From: a virus
Lineage: Duplodnaviria > Heunggongvirae > Uroviricota > Caudoviricetes
Virus record (IMG/VR): IMGVR_UViG_3300033076_001232
Location: 206,435-250,353 of that record
DNA length: 43,919 nucleotides
Direction: 5' to 3' (one strand)
Positions 36,223-43,834 of this stretch are shown piece after piece. Positions within the stretch are counted from its first letter, which is position 1; each line of letters opens with the position of its first letter. A program made the translations under genes and the position numbers. Below the pieces are notes generated by a model. The model saw only the letters and a program-made list of their open reading frames with translations, was not told where the DNA came from and ran no database searches.

Positions 36223-37296
36223 ATGAAAAAACATCTTACCTGGGCTGTGTTTTTCCTTTTATCCTTAGCAGCAGAATCCCAATCTATCTATAGAAAAGAC
36301 TATATAGAAACATTTGATGCCGATTGGTCAGGATCATGGTGGACACCGGCGGCGACAACTAACTATTATACCAACGCATCGGTAACCCCGACCACTAGTG
36401 CCGTTTTATACGGTACAGGAAATGGAACCTCAGCATACGAATCTGACTGGTACTCGTTCTCTAATTTGATAGTTGATCCAAATTACGATTACTCTTTCAG
36501 ATTCAGGTTAGGCTCTTATCGATTCACATCGACGGCTACAACAAGAGGAGTTGACGCTGGAGATTATATTACTGTCCAACTTAGTACTGATGGTGGAACT
36601 GTTTATAATAATGAAATTAGAATAACAGGTAACAATAATGCCTTCTGGAACTATAATACTCTAGCCTCTTATACTAAAACAGCTAACGGAATACAAACTA
36701 TAATCTCACCAGCTGGAGGCGGGGATAGAACTTCCACCGGTGACGGGTACTCAGTAATTAGACTAGATATCCCGGCAGGTGTAAGCAACATTGCAATAGA
36801 TATCTTTTGCAGAGCCAATTCAGCAGGAGAAGAATGGTGGCTGGATAATTTTGAGCTTTGGAGAACCCCGAATATAGCACTTCCTGTAGAAATGATATCA
36901 TTTACTGGTCATTCTAATGATGGGCTAAACATATTAGAATGGGTTACAGCATCGGAGATGAATTCTGATTATTTTCTAGTAGAGAAAAGTACTGATGGAC
37001 AGGATTGGAATTTTATTGAGACGTTACCAGCAGCGGGAAATTCCAATCAAACTATAAAATACAGGTATATTGATAGTGATATAAATGATTCAGAAATTAA
37101 CTACTATAGATTAATCCAATACGATCGAGATGGAGAATTTGATATTTACGGTCCAATTTCTATTCTAAACGACATCAAAAAGCCTCAAATAGTAGGATAC
37201 GTAGATCTATTGGGAAGAGATATAGAAGAAGATTACCAAGGTTGGGCATTCGAAGTCTACGATAACGGGGAAACCAGAAGAATATTGAAGCAATAG
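36223..37296 (+). CDS. secreted Bacteroidota-type protein with pre-CTD beta-sandwich and T9SS CTD-like tail
   Basis: Signal peptide; LPVEMISFTG...LEWVTASEMNSDYFLVEKSTDG...YYRLIQYDRDG; tail YVDLLGR...G..F.VYDNG..RRILKQ. Confidence 0.7.
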   Translation: MKKHLTWAVFFLLSLAAESQSIYRKDYIETFDADWSGSWWTPAATTNYYTNASVTPTTSAVLYGTGNGTSAYESDWYSFSNLIVDPNYDYSFRFRLGSYRFTSTATTRGVDAGDYITVQLSTDGGTVYNNEIRITGNNNAFWNYNTLASYTKTANGIQTIISPAGGGDRTSTGDGYSVIRLDIPAGVSNIAIDIFCRANSAGEEWWLDNFELWRTPNIALPVEMISFTGHSNDGLNILEWVTASEMNSDYFLVEKSTDGQDWNFIETLPAAGNSNQTIKYRYIDSDINDSEINYYRLIQYDRDGEFDIYGPISILNDIKKPQIVGYVDLLGRDIEEDYQGWAFEVYDNGETRRILKQ

Positions 37297-37378
37297 AGCT
37301 TATTTTAAAGCCATATAGGAGCTTTATATGTTATTACAAGATAATCTACATAAAATCAAAAAGATGTCTTAAAACACA

Positions 37379-37405
37379 AAAAAAGGAGCAATAAGCTCCT
37401 TTTTT
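37379..37405. terminator. bidirectional intrinsic terminator
   Basis: AAAAAAGGAGC-AATAA-GCTCCTTTTTT between convergent genes. Confidence 0.85.
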
Positions 37406-37422
37406 ATTGGTGTCATTAATAA

Positions 37423-37878
37423 TTATCTTTGAGTTCCGAAGATATCTCCCAATTTACTGAAGAATGATACCTTAGATGGATCTGGCTTTAATTCTTTAGC
37501 CGTATCTATATCAGTCTGAGATATGCTTCCAAGAACACCTGGTATTGCTTCCACCATGGATTTTGCTAGTTTAGGAGCTTGTGATTTAACCTGACTAATG
37601 AAGGTTGGATCGATTCCAGGAACATCATTCAGAATACCCTCGATCTTTTGCTGAAGATAAGAAGCTGCGCTTGAAGGATTAGATTCCGCCATCTTTGCGA
37701 TTCTTTCCGCTTCACCTGAAACTAGTACAGACTTAGCCATTAAACCAGCTATAAGTTTCATAGCGTCATCAGAAACACCAGAAATATTGAAATCAATATC
37801 TCCAAACACTGGAGGTGCAATTTCTACCCCAGCTTCCTGAGATTCGAACATTTTTTTAAAGTGGACTAAGTTTTCCAT
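37423..37878 (-). CDS. hypothetical protein with leader
   Basis: MENLVHFKKMFE-S. Confidence 0.7.
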   Translation of the reverse strand: MENLVHFKKMFESQEAGVEIAPPVFGDIDFNISGVSDDAMKLIAGLMAKSVLVSGEAERIAKMAESNPSSAASYLQQKIEGILNDVPGIDPTFISQVKSQAPKLAKSMVEAIPGVLGSISQTDIDTAKELKPDPSKVSFFSKLGDIFGTQR

Positions 37879-37881
37879 TAT

Positions 37882-38544
37882 TTATTTTGTTTTTTTAGTT
37901 GCATATTTAGCAGCTATGTCTGCTAGTTTTCCGAAGAAAACCGACCATTTAGAATCAACAGCAACCATCTGTTGCATTGTGAATCTTGCTGGTGAGTTCT
38001 CGAAGTCTATTTCATTACCTACCATTTTGTATAGATTTGAATATCCTCCAAAATTCTCAGGACCAAGCTTTATCATATTCTTAACATCCTCTTGTGATTT
38101 ATCTATAAAAGGATTATAGAAATTAAATCTCAAATTCTCCAAATCATAAAAAACATCCAAGAAGACTGAGCATTTAACAGATCCGGAGTCAACCTTAGAT
38201 TTCTCCAATCTGGTTGCTTCAACTACTAAACCAGCACCGCTTTTTTCACCTACTGCTGACCAAAAAATATCCTGATATTGTCCGAATTTAAAAGATGCAG
38301 GCTTTACCATACCATAACTCGGGATTTTATATGTTTTCCCGGTTAACTCTGTGGCGATCAAGTTCTTGATGTCTCTAGTATATTCTACCAGAACATCCTT
38401 AGCCGGCTTAGGAGCATTTTTAGTCTTAACCTCCATAGCTTTAGATACAGTAGTTTTGCTCTTCAGAGTATTAGCTTCCTGATAGTTTAAAGATGATGAT
38501 TGGGTTTGTTCTGTGAACGCTTCGAATAATTTTAAGTGTTTCAT
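37882..38544 (-). CDS. hypothetical protein with leader
   Basis: MKHLKLFE-AF. Confidence 0.7.
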   Translation of the reverse strand: MKHLKLFEAFTEQTQSSSLNYQEANTLKSKTTVSKAMEVKTKNAPKPAKDVLVEYTRDIKNLIATELTGKTYKIPSYGMVKPASFKFGQYQDIFWSAVGEKSGAGLVVEATRLEKSKVDSGSVKCSVFLDVFYDLENLRFNFYNPFIDKSQEDVKNMIKLGPENFGGYSNLYKMVGNEIDFENSPARFTMQQMVAVDSKWSVFFGKLADIAAKYATKKTK

Positions 38545-38560
38545 TGTATTAAAATTTAGA

Positions 38561-38569
38561 TTATATATC
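38561..38569 (-). promoter_or_regulatory. putative late promoter GATATATAA
   Basis: 16 nt upstream of 38544 start. Confidence 0.55.
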
Positions 38570-38595
38570 TAATCCGAATTATCTATATGCGGGTG

Positions 38596-39624
38596 TTATA
38601 GTCCATAGGTGTCCTTTATTGCATTAAAGTTTTGTGTAACCTCTGCCTGTGACAGAGCAATATTATAAACCCTCATCTGATAAAAAACCGGCTGATTTGC
38701 TAATGTGGAGCTATTCAGTTTATCTGTTGCTCCAGTTCCGACGTTTGTGTGTCTTGCTCCGAAGTATAGATTATTTGTGGGAAAAATGGTTTGAGCTACT
38801 ATTGAAGCAGTAGTTCCAGTTTGTGTACCATTCAAATAAACTCTGCTGTTTGTATTATTCATAACAAATACCCAGTGTCTTATGGAATTACTTGCTGTTA
38901 ATGTAATTGATGTAGTCGAGGTTGGTCTACCGTAGTTTATGGATGTAGATCCACCCATATAGGCAAAATATCCTGAGTTGGAGTTATAGATTTCATTAGC
39001 CCAAATAGTTGCCCAATAACTTGTTGGATTAAATGAAGCAACAATTTCAACAGAAACGGTATTCCCAGTAAAGTTATAAGGAACACTAATATAAGCATCA
39101 CCAGTATATGTGGAATTTGCTAATTTAATTCCTCCGCTATTATTGGAAACATATGAAGTCGTGCCATTAAGAGTAGCATTATACCCATTACCCGAGGCAT
39201 CAGTCCATGTTGTTCCGCTAGAAGGTGCACTTTGTAAATTGAAAGCTAAGCCTGTAGTAACTATGCTTGGTCCATATGAGGTCCAATAGCCATTATTATT
39301 CAACCATGTTTTTGCTGCAGTTCCTGAAGCAAAAATTTGACCTCCTGAAACTATCTGTGCTGTTTGTATGAAAGAGGATTCCGTTAATGCAGAGGATCGA
39401 AAAAACCCAACCGAAGCACTTACCCCTGGAATTGGAGTTGGTTGGGTATTACTTGGTACGGATTGAGCTATGACATATCCTAATTCTTCATCGGGTCCAT
39501 TCCACCATTGCAGACCAGTTGCAGCAAATCCAGAAGTTGGATATCCCACTGCCAGGTTTCCTACCTGAGTAGTTCCTGCTATTTGTGATCCAGTATTATA
39601 TGCGAAAGGTCTTGCTGTAGGCAT
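38596..39624 (-). CDS. LamG/concanavalin A-like domain protein, possible tail fibre or surface-binding protein
   Basis: IVTTGLAFNL...TWTDASGNGYNATL, RHWVFV......VYLNG, RVYNIALSQAEVTQNFNA; start MPTARPF at 39624. Confidence 0.75.
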   Translation of the reverse strand: MPTARPFAYNTGSQIAGTTQVGNLAVGYPTSGFAATGLQWWNGPDEELGYVIAQSVPSNTQPTPIPGVSASVGFFRSSALTESSFIQTAQIVSGGQIFASGTAAKTWLNNNGYWTSYGPSIVTTGLAFNLQSAPSSGTTWTDASGNGYNATLNGTTSYVSNNSGGIKLANSTYTGDAYISVPYNFTGNTVSVEIVASFNPTSYWATIWANEIYNSNSGYFAYMGGSTSINYGRPTSTTSITLTASNSIRHWVFVMNNTNSRVYLNGTQTGTTASIVAQTIFPTNNLYFGARHTNVGTGATDKLNSSTLANQPVFYQMRVYNIALSQAEVTQNFNAIKDTYGL

Positions 39625-39628
39625 TTGT

Positions 39629-39637
39629 GTATATATC
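39629..39637 (-). promoter_or_regulatory. putative late promoter GATATATAC
   Basis: Immediately after terminator U-tract, 4 nt before ATG 39624. Confidence 0.55.
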
Positions 39638-39673
39638 AAAAAAAAGGATCAGAGTAGCGAATTCTGATCCTTT
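39638..39673 (-). terminator. intrinsic terminator ending the candidate ncRNA
   Basis: 11-bp stem AAAGGATCAGA/TCTGATCCTTT, 9-nt loop, T8 on minus strand. Confidence 0.85.
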
Positions 39674-39844
39674 AGTAGTCGTAACTACTCCGGTCCTAAA
39701 ATGGGGGTTTAAACCCGCCGGATATCTTTGTATTTTTTAATGTTGAGATTAAACCCACTCCCGATAGCCACCCGCTAAGGCAGCTATCGGTGGGTAATGA
39801 CTCAGCCGGAAAAGCCGAATTTTTTAAATCTCTTTTTAATTTAT
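39638..39844 (-). ncRNA. candidate structured non-coding RNA (~205 nt)
   Basis: No ATG on the minus strand; bounded by GATATATAG and a terminator; long hairpin 39745-39802, TCCGG-closed domain with GGGTTTAAACCC, AGTAGT-TACG-ACTACT hairpin. Confidence 0.55.
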
Positions 39845-39853
39845 CTATATATC
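39845..39853 (-). promoter_or_regulatory. putative late promoter GATATATAG
   Basis: 10 nt after the stop of 39864..41240, upstream of an ORF-less segment. Confidence 0.55.
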
Positions 39854-39863
39854 GAAACAAAAA

Positions 39864-41240
39864 CTATTTTATAGAAATAGTTATGTCACCATAATCAATT
39901 CCACTATTCATTTTTTGCTTGTGGTGATTCCAGGTGTTTTTATGTCTTATATATTGTGGATTATCTAGTAGGGATATATTTTTTGTAAGCTGATGGGTGT
40001 AGTATGGTGGGGTTACTATCTTAGACAGCACATTAAAGTTAAAACTCTTATGCTTATCAGTTCTCTCGTCAAATTTTCCAGTATATGAATTCACTTTCTG
40101 GAAATCTGAAACCGTACCGCTTATTATTTCATTGATCGTAGAATCACCGCTGCAGTGTCTAAATCCAGGGGCAGAAGCAACTAAAAAACTAGGATTATCA
40201 GAAAACCATTTTATCGGATCCTCCATTAAACTCGTGTTTTCATAGATATCAAATCTACGATGATTGTTAGATTTTCTCCCCCATAAAATAAAATTAACCA
40301 TTGAGGTATTCTCCAACACCCCATTTACGTATAACGAAACCTCATAGGTATTCTCATAGTCACCAGATCTAACCATCTCCATTCTAAGATTATACCATTT
40401 TGATAGCTCGAACTTATAATCGGTATAGATACACTGAGCCCCGTCTCCTAGAGGGAGACTAATTCCAATTGAGAACGGACTGGATTTTTCACTAAATCTA
40501 TTTTTATAGTAAAATACTCCACGTTTTGCATTCACTCTTACATTTTCATAAGGAGCAACTGCTCCAATTGAAATGAAATTTTCAGGAAATTCCTGATAAG
40601 ACCATTTACCTTCACCAATATCAGTGGCATCAGCATACTGAAATCTCATAATCTCAGTGCGTCTGGTGGTGTTGCTCTGATATGTAGAATCTACGGATTT
40701 ATACCAGGTTCTCTCGGGAAATCTATTCAATTTAAATGAACAAGTGAGCGTGTATTCTGAATTCATTCCCTTCGTATCGTGATATATGGGCTTCCAATTA
40801 TCCTGACTTAGCTCATTCCTTCCTAAAATCTGTAAAGTCGGCTGATAGGAGAAATTCATAAGATCATCCGATAATCCCTTGAATTTTTTATCTGCTCCTG
40901 TAATCACTGTAGATTTTATCTCAGTGCTAGTTAAAACGATAAGATTACTGGATGATGTTTTTGGTTGATATGTAAAAACTGTTCTTCTTTCAGCCTTTGT
41001 ATCAATTAAAGAGTTGATCTTAACTAGTGTTGAAGGTTCAACAAATTTAATAGCATCCTTAGTTGTCTCATCTACAGATTTTATTAATTGCTCCTGTAAT
41101 AGATCATATCTTTCTTTTTCCTTTTCACTCAGGTCTTTACCCTCAGATTCAACTTTAACCTTGAGTTTTTCATACTCAGGATATAATCTTTTTACTTTAT
41201 TTGCTAGCTCTAGAGCTTTTGCTTTATTGACTGAACTCAT
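39864..41240 (-). CDS. hypothetical protein, N-terminal helical region plus LamG-like beta-sandwich
   Basis: YTLTCSFKL, KWYNLRME...VSLYVNGVLE. Confidence 0.6.
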   Translation of the reverse strand: MSSVNKAKALELANKVKRLYPEYEKLKVKVESEGKDLSEKEKERYDLLQEQLIKSVDETTKDAIKFVEPSTLVKINSLIDTKAERRTVFTYQPKTSSSNLIVLTSTEIKSTVITGADKKFKGLSDDLMNFSYQPTLQILGRNELSQDNWKPIYHDTKGMNSEYTLTCSFKLNRFPERTWYKSVDSTYQSNTTRRTEIMRFQYADATDIGEGKWSYQEFPENFISIGAVAPYENVRVNAKRGVFYYKNRFSEKSSPFSIGISLPLGDGAQCIYTDYKFELSKWYNLRMEMVRSGDYENTYEVSLYVNGVLENTSMVNFILWGRKSNNHRRFDIYENTSLMEDPIKWFSDNPSFLVASAPGFRHCSGDSTINEIISGTVSDFQKVNSYTGKFDERTDKHKSFNFNVLSKIVTPPYYTHQLTKNISLLDNPQYIRHKNTWNHHKQKMNSGIDYGDITISIK

Positions 41241-41255
41241 TAATTAAATCTTATT

Positions 41256-41717
41256 TTATGCTACTTTGGTTAGAGTTGCGTCGTATGTTCCCTCCACACC
41301 TTTGATAGTACCTGTTCCAGTAAAAGCTATAACTGAGCTTCTCTTTTTGGCCTCCGCTGCTATTTTATTCAGTGTTGAATCATCTAATTTGAAAACCTTA
41401 TCCGTATTGTCCTTTGCGTAAATGTGATTATCCTTATCACTTTTCCAAATAGCATCCACAGCAATTGGTCCATTGTACCAGCTGATACCGAGTTTTTTGA
41501 CATCAACCTTCAACTTATAGTAGGTCTCGTTACCTCCATATATTAGAACTAATCTCCCGGTGAGATCTTTAGGCGTTCCCTTCTTAGGACCTTCCGTAAA
41601 AACCCCTCCGTGCGATCGAGCAGTGACAATTTTAACACCCTTCCATTCAGTTCCTTCAAAAAGAGAATGCTCCAAAGATTCATTTACAAAATCGGAGTAA
41701 TTTTTTAAGTTTTCCAT
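41256..41717 (-). CDS. basic hypothetical protein with leader
   Basis: MENLKNYSDFVNE-SLEHSLFE-G. Confidence 0.7.
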   Translation of the reverse strand: MENLKNYSDFVNESLEHSLFEGTEWKGVKIVTARSHGGVFTEGPKKGTPKDLTGRLVLIYGGNETYYKLKVDVKKLGISWYNGPIAVDAIWKSDKDNHIYAKDNTDKVFKLDDSTLNKIAAEAKKRSSVIAFTGTGTIKGVEGTYDATLTKVA

Positions 41718-41735
41718 CTAACGTAATTGGTTTCT

Positions 41736-41744
41736 CTATATATT
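41736..41744 (-). promoter_or_regulatory. putative late promoter AATATATAG
   Basis: 18 nt upstream of 41717 start. Confidence 0.5.
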
Positions 41745-41768
41745 CACAAGAACCAATTAACAATTAAA

Positions 41769-42071
41769 CTAATCCTTCTTTGCTGACAATAATTCCATTA
41801 GAGACACAATCTGATTATCATTTAGACAGATTTCAATCATAGATTCAATTTGCTCCAGATTAAAGGATCCATATGGTCTAAACCAATCACCGTCTAAAAA
41901 TTTGCACCAGAGAACGATGTCGCATGTTGATATCCCACCTTTCCTTTCCGGATGGTGCGTGGAACTTCCGTAAGCTATCTTGAAGGGAAGTTCTTCTCTG
42001 AGAGTTTTTTCTCTAAAAGCTTCCCTTGCATTCTTAGATAAAAAATTATTGATCTTTTCCTGGTACTCCAT
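41769..42071 (-). CDS. hypothetical protein
   Basis: In-operon ORF. Confidence 0.6.
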   Translation of the reverse strand: MEYQEKINNFLSKNAREAFREKTLREELPFKIAYGSSTHHPERKGGISTCDIVLWCKFLDGDWFRPYGSFNLEQIESMIEICLNDNQIVSLMELLSAKKD

Positions 42072-42079
42072 ATTGAATG

Positions 42080-42238
42080 TTATCTTTTGACTCTAAATCC
42101 CCAAGGGTAGAATGGATAGTTTGCCAAATACTGAACACCGTACTTGTCGACGTAGTTATGAACATCTTTCCCAGAAACACCATCAGTAAAATTAAATCCA
42201 ATGTGTCTCATTGTGAATCTGCTAATTAACTTCTTCAT
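42080..42238 (-). CDS. 52-aa hypothetical protein (not in ORF track)
   Basis: [52 protein letters not shown]; ATG 15 nt after tRNA-like element, A-rich upstream. Confidence 0.65.
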   Translation of the reverse strand: MKKLISRFTMRHIGFNFTDGVSGKDVHNYVDKYGVQYLANYPFYPWGFRVKR

Positions 42239-42253
42239 TTTCTCTTTTTATTG

Positions 42254-42370
42254 TAGTCAGGACAGGATTCGAACCTGTGTTTACACTTTACTTGTATTAG
42301 CTGTGTCCGATAGATTGGGTACCAATACATTTCCCTCCCCACCTGCTCTAAACCACTGAGCTACCTGACT
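42254..42370 (-). ncRNA. tRNA-like element 1 (117 nt) with 65-nt insert replacing anticodon/variable arms
   Basis: Acceptor AGTCAGG/CCTGACT plus discriminator A, TA, D-arm GCTC-AGTGGTTTA-GAGC, T-arm ACAGG-TTCGAAT-CCTGT; no canonical anticodon arm; no encoded CCA. Confidence 0.8.
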
Positions 42371-42378
42371 TAAGATTA

Positions 42379-42951
42379 TTATCTAATCTTTGCCATCATT
42401 TCTTTCAACTGTTTCTCGGTCTCAACATTGATAATGGTCAATCTACTAACTGGTTTTGAGAATGATAACGGTACCGTAGAAACCATGTAGTGCATGTTAT
42501 GTTCAATATAGATATCTTCAGGGGTAAATCCAAAGACCGCATCCCCATTGGTTCCATATGAACCGTCTTCAGCAGGGCTTGGTAATACGTGTTGTCCCCA
42601 CCCATCACCAGAATGAGGTGATGTATAAGTTACAATTTGTTCGGTATTGGTGAGTTGCGAGTTGACTGAAGATACCTTATTAACTTGGTAGTACCCAATT
42701 GGTTCTCCCACACCTTCAACAAACACGTACATGTAAAAAGAAATAGTTCTATCATTCTGTAACTTAAATCGTTTGATTAGGTTATCTCTCTCCAATGACC
42801 ATGAAATTTTTGGTGCTGGCTGAATAGCGTTCAGGTCTCTTTGATTAGCTTCCGTTTTCTTTTGCTCATCTAAAGCGGAAGTGTTTTCTAATTCTCGGTC
42901 GCATGATGTTATAACAAACATCAATACTAAAATTGCTAATAATCTTTTCAT
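42379..42951 (-). CDS. putative lipoprotein, conserved phage family
   Basis: MKRLLAILVLMFVITS-C-DRE; PAEDGSYGTN motif. Confidence 0.7.
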   Translation of the reverse strand: MKRLLAILVLMFVITSCDRELENTSALDEQKKTEANQRDLNAIQPAPKISWSLERDNLIKRFKLQNDRTISFYMYVFVEGVGEPIGYYQVNKVSSVNSQLTNTEQIVTYTSPHSGDGWGQHVLPSPAEDGSYGTNGDAVFGFTPEDIYIEHNMHYMVSTVPLSFSKPVSRLTIINVETEKQLKEMMAKIR

Positions 42952-42954
42952 GTT

Positions 42955-43350
42955 TTAGTTATTACAGTTAAATTCTTGGTTACTTAATTGATATGGTAAA
43001 CTACTTGACTTCCATAATGATCGGCCCCACATCTTTGACTTCGCATTATACTCCTCAATCCATCTGTTAAGGTTTGTTCTTAAAGCCAAAATTCTTTGTG
43101 CTTTGCTGAACTGACTGAACATAGGATCGGTGTCAGGAACATCCTTCATGTTACAAATATCTGTGTTTAATTTTACACAGGTATTGTAAATTTCTTGATA
43201 CTCTTCGTAGTGAATCACTGCGGTATCAATTTTAGTAGCCTCACGTACTTTGTGTACAATGTAACTAACTGCAGATAAGACCAGCGTTAATCCAATGATC
43301 CAGTAAATAATCTTTTTTACGAATCTTTTTTCTTCTTGAAATTCATCCAT
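42955..43350 (-). CDS. single-TM helical membrane protein
   Basis: TM IIYWIIGLTLVLSAVSYIV; C-terminal EEYNAKSKM..RSLWKSSSLPYQL. Confidence 0.7.
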   Translation of the reverse strand: MDEFQEEKRFVKKIIYWIIGLTLVLSAVSYIVHKVREATKIDTAVIHYEEYQEIYNTCVKLNTDICNMKDVPDTDPMFSQFSKAQRILALRTNLNRWIEEYNAKSKMWGRSLWKSSSLPYQLSNQEFNCNN

Positions 43351-43453
43351 TTTTTTCTTTTTTTTAGTTAGTAAAAATCCCAGTCTTTCCGGGGAGTCAG
43401 CTATTTAGTGTACGTTTAAAAGGTCGTTTAGCATAGCTGCCGTTCTTTCCTTG

Positions 43454-43573
43454 TAGTCAGGACAGGATTCGAACCTGTGATAGATACCATCAGCTGTGGA
43501 CGCAGTATCTCCGTGAGTCCCGTTGGCATTGTTACTCTCCACTTTCGGGGCGTGTTCCTATCGCCACCTGACT
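43454..43573 (-). ncRNA. tRNA-like element 2 (120 nt) with 71-nt insert
   Basis: Same acceptor AGTCAGG/CCTGACT-A and T-arm ACAGG-TTCGAAT-CCTGT; TG, D-arm GCG-ATAGGAACA-CGC; insert has CCCG/CGGG and AGATAC/GTATCT stems. Confidence 0.8.
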
Positions 43574-43580
43574 ATTTGTT

Positions 43581-43820
43581 TTATTTAGATAATTCAAATT
43601 GATAAACACAACTTTGATTTCCCGATTCATTCCTCACTAAATAATCGTGTCTTCCCGTTTCAATTATCGTGACAGTTTCACCTGATATAAATCCAGTGTT
43701 TTCAGTGTAACAAAAATGAATCCTGCATTTGTCACCGATCTTAAATCGTTGCTGGATTGGTGTTGAATAACCCCAATTGTTGTCAACCAATTTTAATAAT
43801 TTCCAAAGTAACTTTTTCAT
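43581..43820 (-). CDS. 79-aa hypothetical protein, possible SH3/KOW-like barrel
   Basis: FKIGDKCRI...GETVTIIE...YLV; start MKKLLWK at 43820 since the longer track start runs through the tRNA-like element. Confidence 0.65.
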   Translation of the reverse strand: MKKLLWKLLKLVDNNWGYSTPIQQRFKIGDKCRIHFCYTENTGFISGETVTIIETGRHDYLVRNESGNQSCVYQFELSK

Positions 43821-43834
43821 AATTTTAATTTTTG

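Noticed and set aside
39638-39844. Hammerhead ribozyme, tmRNA, RNase P or SRP identity for the structured segment
   Set aside because: Core motifs (CUGAnGA/GAAA, tRNA-like ends with tag ORF, GAGGAAAGUCC, the SRP domain IV motif) were not found on inspection.
656-41247. Antisense or overlapping track ORFs (e.g. 656, 3538, 4410, 4762, 6222, 6672, 7154, 8740, 10522, 10798, 11685, 14706, 15071, 15371, 15922, 17036, 17520, 17748, 19495, 20135, 21496, 21587, 22279, 23350, 24013, 24826, 26949, 27013, 29384, 30203, 31193, 31898, 32374, 32570, 33126, 34416, 34933, 35711, 37916, 41014)
   Set aside because: They lie opposite well-supported genes, lack motifs and promoters, and have shadow-frame composition.
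42255-43455. Exactly 1200-nt spacing between elements 1 and 2
   Set aside because: The next spacing is 381 nt; no periodicity, so treated as coincidence.
42279-43549. Inserts as tRNA introns
   Set aside because: Far too short for group I/II introns, and no excision I could find restores an anticodon stem (e.g. GGTGG in element 1 has no complementary partner at the insert 3' end).
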